DNA of 64,000 nucleotides from Klebsiella phage KP182, in sequence record OM337876.1; one strand, 5' to 3'. The notes under the pieces are model-generated. The model was given only the letters and a program-made list of their open reading frames with translations, did no database searches and was not told the origin of the DNA. Positions 38,392-47,681 of this stretch are shown one piece after another (position 1 is the stretch's first letter; every line of letters begins with the position of its first letter). Both the position numbers and the translations under genes were made by a program.

Positions 38392-38649
38392 TTATTCTTC
38401 AAAATCTTCCATAAAGTAATCAATATCTTCCCAATCGTTTGCTTCTAACCAAGCACGAACTGCTTCTTTAGAACCACGGAGGTCAATATTTGGCCAACCG
38501 CCACCAGGGCCTTCTTTAATAACTAAATCAAAATCAATACCATGGTCAGTGTCATAAAAACGTGAACCATCTTCAAAAATCAAATCAGTACAAAATCCTG
38601 ATTTATTGATGTAAGGTTCTGCCACGATATCAATGTTTAATTTACCCAT
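38392..38649 (-). CDS. Acidic hypothetical protein (85 aa)
   Basis: ORF. Confidence 0.5.
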   Translation of the reverse strand: MGKLNIDIVAEPYINKSGFCTDLIFEDGSRFYDTDHGIDFDLVIKEGPGGGWPNIDLRGSKEAVRAWLEANDWEDIDYFMEDFEE

Positions 38650-38684
38650 GATGTTTTCCTCTACTCGTTTTGTTTCGATGTAGA

Positions 38685-38715
38685 TATAGTATCACTCATC
38701 AACTGGCTTGTAAAC
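38685..38715 (-). promoter_or_regulatory. T4 early-type promoter
   Basis: + strand tatagtatcac ... gtaaac, with a conserved upstream extension shared with the promoter at 56991-57050. Confidence 0.5.
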
Positions 38716-38743
38716 AATTTTGTGAAAATATTTTTGGAGGGAT

Positions 38744-38768
38744 AAAGAAAAAGGGACCCGAAGGTCCC
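38744..38768 (-). terminator. Rho-independent terminator GGGACC-CGAA-GGUCCC + U5 after gene 32
   Basis: Hairpin followed by a U-run on the minus strand. Confidence 0.65.
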
Positions 38769-38773
38769 TTATA

Positions 38774-39691
38774 TTAGAGGTCGTTCAAAATATCATTCAG
38801 ATCGTCATCGCCAACACTGTCACCAGCATCGCCCATGATATCGTCTGCGGAACGAGAAGAGGTCGGTTTGGATTCAAAATCAGACAGGTCTTTGTCAAAG
38901 GAATCCAGGTCATCGCCAATTTTATCGGCTTGAGCTGCTGCTTTGGCCGCGGCACCACCAAGAGCTGCTGTACCCATAATCTGTTTAAATTTGGCTTCGT
39001 TAACTTCAAACGATTTAAACTGAGATGGAGCCACAATTTCGCTGAGGTCAGCCATATTTTCGGTCAGGAATTTCTGAGTTTCTTCATCATTGATGTTTGC
39101 AATCTCGGACTGACCAAGGAATTTACATTCATCATAGTTCTGGAAACCACCGACTTTCTTAACTTTCATGACGAAGTTTGCACCTTCATACACGCAAGTT
39201 ACATCAACCGGAGTTTCACCCATATCAACATCGACTTCAACCATCGCGTTGATTTTGTCCATAATTTTCTGACCGAAACGGAATTTGAATACTTTGCCTT
39301 CGTTTTCTGGGTTAGCCGGGTCTTTAATAACCAGGATGTTAGACCAGAAAGAAGTTTTACGTTTCAGAAGCTTATATTCAGCTGGGTTGCTGTTATAAGA
39401 ATCATTTTTACTCAGATGAGCACAAACCGGGCAAGAATCAAAATCACCGTGAGTAGAAGTACAATTTTCGATGTACCATTTACCGCCATGTTTGAAACCG
39501 TGATTGATCAGTTTTACAAACGGTAGAGAGTTTTCATCTTTACCAGGCAGGAAGCGAATTACTGCTTGACCATTACCAGCATTATCGGTCTTCAGTTTCC
39601 ATTCGTTTTTATCTTCATTAGAGAAAGAAGAACCACCTTTCAGACCAGCCAGTTGTTGTTGAAGTTGAGCAGGATTTTTACGCTTGAACAT
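38774..39691 (-). CDS. 32: ssDNA-binding protein gp32
   Basis: 305 aa with zinc-binding CxxC region; T4 gp32-like. Confidence 0.96.
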   Translation of the reverse strand: MFKRKNPAQLQQQLAGLKGGSSFSNEDKNEWKLKTDNAGNGQAVIRFLPGKDENSLPFVKLINHGFKHGGKWYIENCTSTHGDFDSCPVCAHLSKNDSYNSNPAEYKLLKRKTSFWSNILVIKDPANPENEGKVFKFRFGQKIMDKINAMVEVDVDMGETPVDVTCVYEGANFVMKVKKVGGFQNYDECKFLGQSEIANINDEETQKFLTENMADLSEIVAPSQFKSFEVNEAKFKQIMGTAALGGAAAKAAAQADKIGDDLDSFDKDLSDFESKPTSSRSADDIMGDAGDSVGDDDLNDILNDL

Positions 39692-39750
39692 ATGATTACC
39701 TTTTTAATTTAACAGTTGTTGTTGCAACATGGGTCCTTGCAACTGGACGA
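39692..39750 (-). promoter_or_regulatory. Gene 32 translational operator-like leader (palindromic UUGCAA stems / possible pseudoknot + UUAAAUUAAAAA tract)
   Basis: Minus strand: cagUUGCAAggacccaugUUGCAAcaacaaCUGuuaaauuaaaaagguaaucauAUG. T4 gp32 autoregulates via a 5' pseudoknot followed by an unstructured AU-rich tract. Confidence 0.4.
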
Positions 39751-39758
39751 TAGATTAA

Positions 39759-40421
39759 TTATATACTAATTTCTTTACAAGATTTGATTATGCTAATAAA
39801 GAGTTTCTTAGCTTCAGCACCGTCAACGTTTAAAAGTTTTTTATAAGCTTTTAATTTAGTGGAGTAATTGCTCCAAACTAAGTTATCCGTTGCAGTATCA
39901 TGTGTATTTATTATATCTAAAAACGAGTCAAGCATGATGAATGTCTCGAAAGATATAACGTTTGACTGAAGAAGTTTGAACACATAAGATGTTCCGACTT
40001 TCTCATTATATTCAAAAATATCATGAAGCTTATCTACATTAACTTTCTTAGCAAAGTAGTAAATATTCTTTACATCTTCCGAGAACGTTGTTTTGATTTG
40101 CTTCAACTTACCGATATATTCACGATAGAATATCAACGCGTCAGCGTCACTGATATCACCAATCCAAGCGTCTTGATTAGCTACAAGATTGCTCATGAAT
40201 ATCAGAGTCAATTCCTTTAGCGTATACTTCTCGGCAAGTTTCTCAAAAAAATACTTGTCTCTGCGCTTTTGATAAGCTTTATCAGAGACACGCATGACCC
40301 AATTATACTTAACAACATCATAACGACCAGCGAAGTGTTGTTTGAGCATTAAATATAAAAGATAAACGCTCTTACCGTTAACGTATCTATTATTGTTTTG
40401 GGGCATGCGTAGACGAATCAT
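39759..40421 (-). CDS. 59: Helicase loader gp59
   Basis: 220 aa, colinear with T4 gp59. Confidence 0.93.
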   Translation of the reverse strand: MIRLRMPQNNNRYVNGKSVYLLYLMLKQHFAGRYDVVKYNWVMRVSDKAYQKRRDKYFFEKLAEKYTLKELTLIFMSNLVANQDAWIGDISDADALIFYREYIGKLKQIKTTFSEDVKNIYYFAKKVNVDKLHDIFEYNEKVGTSYVFKLLQSNVISFETFIMLDSFLDIINTHDTATDNLVWSNYSTKLKAYKKLLNVDGAEAKKLFISIIKSCKEISI

Positions 40422-40717
40422 AATAAAAAATCCAGACTATTCGTTTTATGTGTTTGACTAAATGATGGTCGAAGCATATTTTCTTCTAATGCTTCTGACA
40501 TAATTTTTTCTATGATTGCAGGTGGAATATATCTACTGAAGTTTCCCTCAGGAATAGAATTTTCTTCTAGCCATTGTGTCGTTGCCTCGAGATACCCCAT
40601 TCCAAGTTCTGTTACCATAGATTCGATAGCAAATCCATTAGCTTGCTTATCTAGCAGCTGGTTAATGGATTCGGAGGGGGATGTGTCCCCCTCGTCTTTA
40701 AGCGAAAATAGAGTCAT
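40418..40717 (-). CDS. 33: Late transcription co-activator gp33
   Basis: 99 aa acidic protein at the T4 position. Confidence 0.75.
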   Translation of the reverse strand: MTLFSLKDEGDTSPSESINQLLDKQANGFAIESMVTELGMGYLEATTQWLEENSIPEGNFSRYIPPAIIEKIMSEALEENMLRPSFSQTHKTNSLDFLL

Positions 40718-40979
40718 AAGCTTCTACCACTTCATCTTTTTCAGTTTCGTAACGATCGCGTGTACCTTTATGGAACAGAGCAAGCAGTTGATTAAACAGT
40801 TTTCCTTCTACGCCAAGTTCTTTCTTGGCGCGGTCTTTAATGTCTTTGTTAAGCTCAAGATAGCTTTCTGCTTTTAGCTTATTACCTGAGGCTTCCTTAA
40901 TCATATCTCGCAGAGCCTGTCCGTGTACTGCTTCATCAAATACTACTTGCTCTTTTTCTTTCTTAGCCATTATATTCAC
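40698..40979 (-). CDS. dsbA: dsDNA-binding protein DsbA
   Basis: 93 aa at the T4 position. Confidence 0.65.
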   Translation of the reverse strand: MNIMAKKEKEQVVFDEAVHGQALRDMIKEASGNKLKAESYLELNKDIKDRAKKELGVEGKLFNQLLALFHKGTRDRYETEKDEVVEAYDSIFA

Positions 40980-40980
40980 C

Positions 40981-41922
40981 TTAAAAGTTGTTTATTTCTT
41001 TCATTAATTTAGACAGACCGGATTTAACAAAGTAGCTATAAATTTTACCACGACCCGGTAGTTGATAGTTATTATAACAATCTAAAATGTTAGCAACAAT
41101 GTCTTCACGGATGTAATCAAAATCGATTAACACTCGGTTTTCTAAGAAACGCTTATACTGTTCTTCAGTAAGCAAATCTTTGATGTTTTCGCCAGCATCA
41201 AGACATTCTTCAACAAACGTCATTTTCGTTGAAGGAGTGCGCTCGCCATCAACATGGGTGTACCAAAAATCTGAACGAACTTTAATAGAAGCTACGTTAT
41301 CTTTCTTATCACCCTTAATAATTTTAACCATGCAATCTAAAGCAGGAGAGCCGGTTTTAGATTTCACTAATTTCTTCTGCATTGGTGACCATTGCTTAAC
41401 ATTAGGATACTTATGCAATTGAGTAAAGTCACCATCCGAAGAAACAATCATAACCGGATGGCCTTCGAGACTGAACTTTTTGGTTAATACCGCAATGCTG
41501 TCATCAGCTTCAGCTTTATCAATATCAATGACATAATAAGGCATATACTGCTTAAATTCATCGATTACAGTACGAAGACCTTCAAAGTAACCTTCCCAGT
41601 CCCAATTGGATTCTTCGCGGGCTTTAGCACGGTTCTTTTTATAGTAATATGCTACGTCCCGACGCCAATACCCATTAACTGCGTTATCAACGCAGATGAC
41701 AATTTTAGTGTATCCATCTTTCTTCCACTTAAAAGCATTAAATTTTAAAGTAGAAAGAATAAGATGACGAACCATAGGAGTGGTTAGTTTGTCACCTTCT
41801 TTATACGTATGAAGAATTGTCGCCATTGCAATTTGTGACAAGTCAATTAAAATGACGCCCTCTTTTACCTGGTCTTCTTCGGCGAATAAGCAATTTAAAT
41901 CAGACATTTGAACCTCGTTCAA
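40981..41922 (-). CDS. rnh: RNase H (5'-3' exonuclease/FEN)
   Basis: 313 aa, colinear with T4 RNase H ('KIVICVDNA..GYWRRD.AYYYKKNR'). Confidence 0.93.
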   Translation of the reverse strand: MNEVQMSDLNCLFAEEDQVKEGVILIDLSQIAMATILHTYKEGDKLTTPMVRHLILSTLKFNAFKWKKDGYTKIVICVDNAVNGYWRRDVAYYYKKNRAKAREESNWDWEGYFEGLRTVIDEFKQYMPYYVIDIDKAEADDSIAVLTKKFSLEGHPVMIVSSDGDFTQLHKYPNVKQWSPMQKKLVKSKTGSPALDCMVKIIKGDKKDNVASIKVRSDFWYTHVDGERTPSTKMTFVEECLDAGENIKDLLTEEQYKRFLENRVLIDFDYIREDIVANILDCYNNYQLPGRGKIYSYFVKSGLSKLMKEINNF

Positions 41923-41939
41923 TTAGTTAGTACAGCCAT

Positions 41940-41947
41940 TATAAATA
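41940..41947 (+). promoter_or_regulatory. T4 late promoter TATAAATA for gene 34
   Basis: Exact match about 35 nt upstream of ATG 41983. Confidence 0.65.
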
Positions 41948-41982
41948 CTTCTATAATGAAGCATAACCCCATAGGAGACTCT

Positions 41983-44900
41983 ATGAGCGATTTACTGAAA
42001 CAACATTTCCGTGCAACGAACGGTTTGGATGCCGGCGGAAATAAAGTTATAAATGTGGCACTCGCTGACCGCAACGTTAAAACCGACGGCGTCTCTGTCG
42101 AGTACGTTATTCAAGAAAATACTATCCAAAAATATGACCCGACGCGTGGGTATCTCACCGATTTTGCTGTGACTTATGGACGTCGTATCTGGATTGCAAA
42201 TAAAGATATTCCAAAGCCTGCTGGAGATTTTAACCAGGCGAATTGGACTTCTTTACGTGTTGACCCGAACTGGATTTATACTGTCCGTAAAGGAGAGTTT
42301 GAAATTCAATCTGGCCAGTTCATCAACGTTGACTCAAACGCTGCAGGTAATGCTACACTACTTCTTCCGTTAGCACCAGACGAAGGCGATACCATTGTAG
42401 TTCGTGATATCGGTGGACGCCCTGGATATAACGGAATTCTTATTAAAGCGCAAGATACTGGTGCATCTATTGTCTTCGGCGAATCACGCTTACGTGAAGT
42501 AAGACTTACACGTCCGTATTCACAAATTATGCTTACGTTTAGTAATGGTGCATGGCGTGCAAGTTTAACCGATTTTGGCGATACTGCTAAAATGGTAGTT
42601 CCGAACGGGATTGTTCCAACCCAGGTTCAGTCAGGTGATAACGTAGTTCGTCGTTATACTTCCAACTCAGAGATTTTTATTACTCTGCCGTTGTTCGCTA
42701 ATTCAAACGATATCATCAATTTTACTGACCTTGATGGTACATCGCCGATTAACCATATGACTGTGCGTACGTTTGACCCAACTATCTCAATTGGGACTCC
42801 TGGACAAACGGAAATTCAAGTACGTACTTCAGGTAGTGGATTTTTGGTGTATGACGCTATTGACAAAATATGGCGCGTCTTTGAAAATGATTTACGTACA
42901 CGTGTAAGAATAATTACTTCTGACGTTACTTTAATGCCTAATGAGCATATTTCTGTATTTGGCGCAGATAATAGTACAGTTAAAACAATTAACATTACTT
43001 TACCTGCTGACGTAGCTGTTGGGGATACTGTCAAAATCGCAATGAATTATATGCGTAAAGGACAGACTGTAGTAATTAAAGCTTCTGATGGTGATACTAT
43101 CGCTAGCAATTTGAATTTACTGCAATTTCCAAAACGCTCAGAGTATCCACCTGATGCAGCATGGGTTCAATCAAGCTCGATTACCTTTAATGGAACTACG
43201 TCATATGTTCCTGTTCTTGAGCTTGCATATATTGAAGATAAAGCATCCGGAAAAAGCTATTGGATTGTAACTGAATCTGACCCTACTGTAGAACGTGTTG
43301 ATGCTAAAGACAATACAACCAGAGCCCGATTAGGTGTTATTGCTCTTGCTACACAGGCTCAAGCTAACGCGGAGTCAAGTCCAGAAAAAGAATTAGCAAT
43401 TACTCCAGAAACTTTAAACGGACGTCGTTCTACTGAAACTCAGACTGGTATAGCAAGAATTGCAACTTCTGGCGAAGTTAATCAGGCAACAACTGCTTCT
43501 TACTTGGATAACGTAATCGTTACTCCTAAAAAGCTTAACGAAAGAGCTGCTACTGAAACTCGTAGAGGTTTAGCTGAAATTGCGTCTAATGCTAAAATGG
43601 ATGCAGGAACAGACGATTTTACAATTGTTACTCCTAAGAAGTTGCTTTATCGCACTACATCGGATTCACGATTAGGTGTTATTCAATTAGTAAAAACTGG
43701 TGGTGCTCCTAACACAACTAATGATCGTTCTTCTGCTGGCACCGGTATATTCGATCATTCTGATTACAAAAATGCAGTTACTCCAAAAACTCTTCGTGAG
43801 TATAAAGCTACTGTAAATCAGTCAGGAATAGTTTGGTTAGCAAGTGATAGCGAAGTTAGAAATGGAACTCCTGCTTCTGCAAATGTTCCTACAGTTGTTA
43901 CACCGGAAGCTTTACATAAAAAAGTTGCTACTGATGGAGCAATTGGTTTAATCCAAATAGCTACACAGACAGAAGTTAATGCTGGCGGCGTGACTAATAA
44001 AGCAGTTACACCTAAAACATTAAATGACCGTACAGCAACTAACGATCGTACCGGTATTGCTCGCTTCGCGACACCTGGTGCCCAGGGTGAATTTGAAGCT
44101 GGTACTTCGAGTACATTAATGGTAAACCCTAAATTACTGTTCGATAAATTTGCTAATACTGATCGTATCCAAGTTAATACTAGTTCTGGCTTAACTATTA
44201 CTGGGAACCTCTGGGACCATTATACCATCAACATACAGGAAGCAAGTACTTCTCAAAGAGGTACAACTACTCTTGCCACTGCTGCTGAGGTTAGAACCGG
44301 CACCGACGCCAAGAAAATAGTTACTGCTGCCACGCTACATGCTAAAACAGCAACCGAAGGAGCTATCGGTCTTGCTCAGTATGCTACGCAGGCACAAGTT
44401 GATGCAGGCACACTAAGTAATAGAATTGTTCCTCCTGCTTATCTGAAACAAACTATTCAGGTAACAGAGTCATGGCAAGCTACAGACAGCGTTAGAGGGA
44501 CCGTCAGGCTATCCACAGGCGATGGAACGTGGAAAGGTAATGATACCAATGGCTCAACTCTTCCGGATAACGGGTATGCCTCTAAGGGCGTCGCAGTGTC
44601 TCCGTATGAATTGAACCTCACGTTGAAACATTACTTACCTCGTCTTGGTAAAGCGTATGACACCGGAATGCTTGGTGGTCAAACCCCAGACAAATATGCT
44701 CGTCGCGATATAGCGCAGACTATTTCAGGAGCCTGGACATTTAGTCAGGATACTGCATTTAATAATAATGTTTCTATACAGAATGTTTTGTATGCAAATG
44801 GTGGCGAAGTAAAAATTTCTCCAACTGCTGACACTGGAAATGCGCATGTTCGTTTTCAAAATAGAGATGGAACTGAACGTGGTATAATTTATGCTGAGCC

Positions 44901-45828
44901 TCAAACAGCTTCAGCAGGAAACTTAAAAGTTCGTGTCAAAAATGGAACAGGAACTACTGCTACAAGCCAGACCTACACATTTGGTGGAAACGGTACATTA
45001 AACGTTCCTAATGAAGTATCAACTAAAACTTTGAGGTCTTCTGGAAATGCAGTAGTTGGCGGAACTGTAATGGTTAAGGACGTTCAGATGCTTGCTGTCG
45101 AGGGATTGAATTCAATATTCGGTGCCCAATCACAGTCCGCATTTATTCGTTCCCGTGACGCTGATACACAAATTTTTGCACAGGATTCAACTGGATCATA
45201 TCCAATTTTAACTACCAAAAACTACGCAAGATTAGCTGACGGCCGTTATGTTAAGAAAGCTGGTGATACCATGACCGGAAATCTTAACTTAAGCGGTTCT
45301 GCTATCGTTATCACAGGTTCTGAATCGTGGTATGTACCAACGAATGAAACTGTAATAAGACAAGGTTCTTGGACTGCTGAAATCAAAGACGCTACTAAAT
45401 TGAAAGGTCTTCGTGGTTATATGGTTCCGATCAGAACACCGATTGACCCTGCTAATCCAAGCACATTAGTAGTGACTGGGTATGAAGAAAAAACTGCAGC
45501 TGGTGGTGTTTTAACTCAGGTTGGTGTAACTACAAACAATACTTATCAACTTTGGACTCCTTACCCGCCATCAACTGAAACTGCTGATAAGCGTTTTGCG
45601 CATACTGTGTGGATGAGGATTTATAATCCAAACCTTAATAAGTTTGATGATTGGATGCGAGTGTTCACGTCTGCTACTCCTCCAACTGCAGCTGATATCG
45701 GAGCTCCAAGCTCAGTATCAACTCAGGTTAAAACCCTCGAAGTTTTGGAATGGATTAAACTTGGCCCAGTTAAAATCTGGCCAGATCGTCCAAACCAAAC
45801 TCTCAAATTTGAATGGGTAGGTGATTAA
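41983..45828 (+). CDS. 34: Long tail fibre proximal subunit gp34
   Basis: Colinear with T4 gp34 from 'MSDLLKQHFRATNGLDAGGNKVINVALADR'; RBS AGGAGA; the tracked upstream extension is unlikely to be translated. Confidence 0.94.
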   Translation: MSDLLKQHFRATNGLDAGGNKVINVALADRNVKTDGVSVEYVIQENTIQKYDPTRGYLTDFAVTYGRRIWIANKDIPKPAGDFNQANWTSLRVDPNWIYTVRKGEFEIQSGQFINVDSNAAGNATLLLPLAPDEGDTIVVRDIGGRPGYNGILIKAQDTGASIVFGESRLREVRLTRPYSQIMLTFSNGAWRASLTDFGDTAKMVVPNGIVPTQVQSGDNVVRRYTSNSEIFITLPLFANSNDIINFTDLDGTSPINHMTVRTFDPTISIGTPGQTEIQVRTSGSGFLVYDAIDKIWRVFENDLRTRVRIITSDVTLMPNEHISVFGADNSTVKTINITLPADVAVGDTVKIAMNYMRKGQTVVIKASDGDTIASNLNLLQFPKRSEYPPDAAWVQSSSITFNGTTSYVPVLELAYIEDKASGKSYWIVTESDPTVERVDAKDNTTRARLGVIALATQAQANAESSPEKELAITPETLNGRRSTETQTGIARIATSGEVNQATTASYLDNVIVTPKKLNERAATETRRGLAEIASNAKMDAGTDDFTIVTPKKLLYRTTSDSRLGVIQLVKTGGAPNTTNDRSSAGTGIFDHSDYKNAVTPKTLREYKATVNQSGIVWLASDSEVRNGTPASANVPTVVTPEALHKKVATDGAIGLIQIATQTEVNAGGVTNKAVTPKTLNDRTATNDRTGIARFATPGAQGEFEAGTSSTLMVNPKLLFDKFANTDRIQVNTSSGLTITGNLWDHYTINIQEASTSQRGTTTLATAAEVRTGTDAKKIVTAATLHAKTATEGAIGLAQYATQAQVDAGTLSNRIVPPAYLKQTIQVTESWQATDSVRGTVRLSTGDGTWKGNDTNGSTLPDNGYASKGVAVSPYELNLTLKHYLPRLGKAYDTGMLGGQTPDKYARRDIAQTISGAWTFSQDTAFNNNVSIQNVLYANGGEVKISPTADTGNAHVRFQNRDGTERGIIYAEPQTASAGNLKVRVKNGTGTTATSQTYTFGGNGTLNVPNEVSTKTLRSSGNAVVGGTVMVKDVQMLAVEGLNSIFGAQSQSAFIRSRDADTQIFAQDSTGSYPILTTKNYARLADGRYVKKAGDTMTGNLNLSGSAIVITGSESWYVPTNETVIRQGSWTAEIKDATKLKGLRGYMVPIRTPIDPANPSTLVVTGYEEKTAAGGVLTQVGVTTNNTYQLWTPYPPSTETADKRFAHTVWMRIYNPNLNKFDDWMRVFTSATPPTAADIGAPSSVSTQVKTLEVLEWIKLGPVKIWPDRPNQTLKFEWVGD

Positions 45829-46964
45829 TGGCTGATCCAATTTTAATGGCAGCCTTTGGTGAGGATTTCGTGGAAACACGAATCCTCTCTGAGGCAAATT
45901 CTGTGAAGTATTGGCTAAAAGCTTATGCTACACATTCTAATGCTGTTCCGAACAAGCCAGAATTGAATATTAACGGTGCTTTTGATATGACCTCCTCCTT
46001 ACGGAGGGGGATTAATGTTGTTCAAGTTAATGGTGACAGATTTATTAATTTTAAAACATTTGACGTTACCACTGATGATAACAACACTAATAACAAAGCA
46101 TTTATAGAATATGCAAACGGATTAAGTTCAGGATTGTATGTTATAATGACCCATGAACGATTTCAATCCAGTCCGTTAATAGACAGATGGTTTAAAAATA
46201 AGTGGTCTGCTTCTTGGCCAGGTTCTGATTTTTCTAAATCATTTCCAAATTCTGCCTATGTAGGAGTGCTCGGAGCAGCAAAAGGACGTATATTAATTGA
46301 ATCATTCTATGGCAATGATGGAAAGGTTAAAGAAGATTCCAGGGCTAAAGTAGATACGGTATATGATAATGTGGGCGATGTAGGATATACTGGATGTCCT
46401 TATCGTTCTATTGAAGATACCAATGAATACTCGGATTCCACTGGATATGAATATAAACGATATCCAGTACAAAATGAAGCTATAAGCAAAATAGCTGATT
46501 ATGGATTATCTCCTGGGGATTCAGTATTTTTAGTATGTGATATGTATGCATCTAAAAGCCTTCTTGATGCTGGTTCTACTACTAGAGCTAGCCTGCGATG
46601 GTTCAAGGGTACATCTTTATTATCTTCAAACGTATCATTAGAAATTCCAAAAAATGGAGCTGATAGATGGTTAAGATTTGAAAGATTTACTGCTGTTCCC
46701 ACGGATGCTGATGGATTTACTATTGTGGTATCAAGATATCCAAAAACGTCTGTAGTTGGTGACTCTAAAATTAAAAATCTTGTATTTGTTCAAACTTCTC
46801 ATGGCGAACAATTGAATAGCGTTATTCAGGAGTTTGGTGTGAATGGTATAAGAATGAATAAAGGTGTTGAAGGAGGAACCACAGTGATTATGGAACTTCC
46901 AAATTCAAAAGTCGATCCGAGCGGTGTTATTCCAGTTCAATCGTTCAGAGAAACATCAGACTAA
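45828..46964 (+). CDS. 35: Long tail fibre hinge protein gp35
   Basis: 378 aa; T4 order. Confidence 0.88.
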   Translation: MADPILMAAFGEDFVETRILSEANSVKYWLKAYATHSNAVPNKPELNINGAFDMTSSLRRGINVVQVNGDRFINFKTFDVTTDDNNTNNKAFIEYANGLSSGLYVIMTHERFQSSPLIDRWFKNKWSASWPGSDFSKSFPNSAYVGVLGAAKGRILIESFYGNDGKVKEDSRAKVDTVYDNVGDVGYTGCPYRSIEDTNEYSDSTGYEYKRYPVQNEAISKIADYGLSPGDSVFLVCDMYASKSLLDAGSTTRASLRWFKGTSLLSSNVSLEIPKNGADRWLRFERFTAVPTDADGFTIVVSRYPKTSVVGDSKIKNLVFVQTSHGEQLNSVIQEFGVNGIRMNKGVEGGTTVIMELPNSKVDPSGVIPVQSFRETSD

Positions 46965-46989
46965 GGAAGCCTTCGGGCTTCCTTTTTTC
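46965..46989 (+). terminator. Rho-independent terminator GGAAGCC-UUCG-GGCUUCC + U6
   Basis: Hairpin followed by a T-run on the + strand. Confidence 0.65.
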
Positions 46990-46990
46990 G

Positions 46991-46998
46991 TATAAATA
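46991..46998 (+). promoter_or_regulatory. T4 late promoter TATAAATA for 36-37-(38)
   Basis: Exact match upstream of RBS GAGGA and ATG 47022. Confidence 0.65.
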
Positions 46999-47021
46999 GA
47001 AAATATATAAGAGGATAAACT

Positions 47022-47672
47022 ATGGCCGATTTAAAAGCAGGTTCAACAGTTGGCGGAAATCCTATTTGGCACGCGGGTACTTTTCCTCTTGTGCCGGCAG
47101 GAAACTCCCTAACTTATAGAGGTAAGAAGGTTTATACTGAAATAGATAAACCACAAGCCGCAGATAACGACTTCGTGTCAAAATCCCGCGGCGGTACATA
47201 TGCGGGTGAGTTAAAAATAGTTTACGGCTCTTCTGGTAAACTGAGCATGGGTCCGTTAGCAAACGTTGGCATTAGAGCTGGTGGCAGTAATGGTGAAGTT
47301 CTTATTATCGGAGGAAATTCATCAATCCAATTGCGTGGCGGCGGAACAGAAGATTCCAGCGGCATAATTGAAATTGCCAAAAACGGTAACTTAACTGCGC
47401 AAACGGGTAGAATTACCGCTAACGTATTTACTTCTAAACAACAACCATCTGGCGTAGACGATTTAACTCGTAAAGATTATGTTGATGGGCTAATAAATAC
47501 TGTTAGCAACGTAGCTAACGCAGCAGTCAAGAAAGCTGGTGATACAATGACCGGTGTACTTAGAGCTAACGCTGGCGTAGTTATAGTAAACAAAGCAACA
47601 TCCGGTGAATACGCTCCTAGATTAGATCAGGTTATTTCACGCGGGGTAACAATAGATTTTGGCACATACTAA
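47022..47672 (+). CDS. 36: Long tail fibre distal connector gp36
   Basis: 216 aa, colinear with T4 gp36 N-terminus. Confidence 0.9.
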   Translation: MADLKAGSTVGGNPIWHAGTFPLVPAGNSLTYRGKKVYTEIDKPQAADNDFVSKSRGGTYAGELKIVYGSSGKLSMGPLANVGIRAGGSNGEVLIIGGNSSIQLRGGGTEDSSGIIEIAKNGNLTAQTGRITANVFTSKQQPSGVDDLTRKDYVDGLINTVSNVANAAVKKAGDTMTGVLRANAGVVIVNKATSGEYAPRLDQVISRGVTIDFGTY

Positions 47673-47681
47673 GAGGTAGCC

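Noticed and set aside
38930-39526. 198-aa + strand ORF antisense to gene 32, and similar antisense ORFs (512-709, 7059-7370, 32052-32489, 28016-28480, 3796-4221, 23017-23250, 24972-25217)
   Set aside because: They lie entirely inside well-supported genes on the opposite strand, have no RBS or promoter context, and their compositions (Phe/Ile/Asn/Lys-rich) are typical of antisense frames of AT-rich coding DNA.
41908-41982. 25-codon N-terminal extension of gp34 (MNLVQLV...)
   Set aside because: The T4 gp34 N-terminus aligns from MSDLLKQHF at 41983, which has a strong RBS (AGGAGA). The late promoter at 41940-41947 lies inside the extension.
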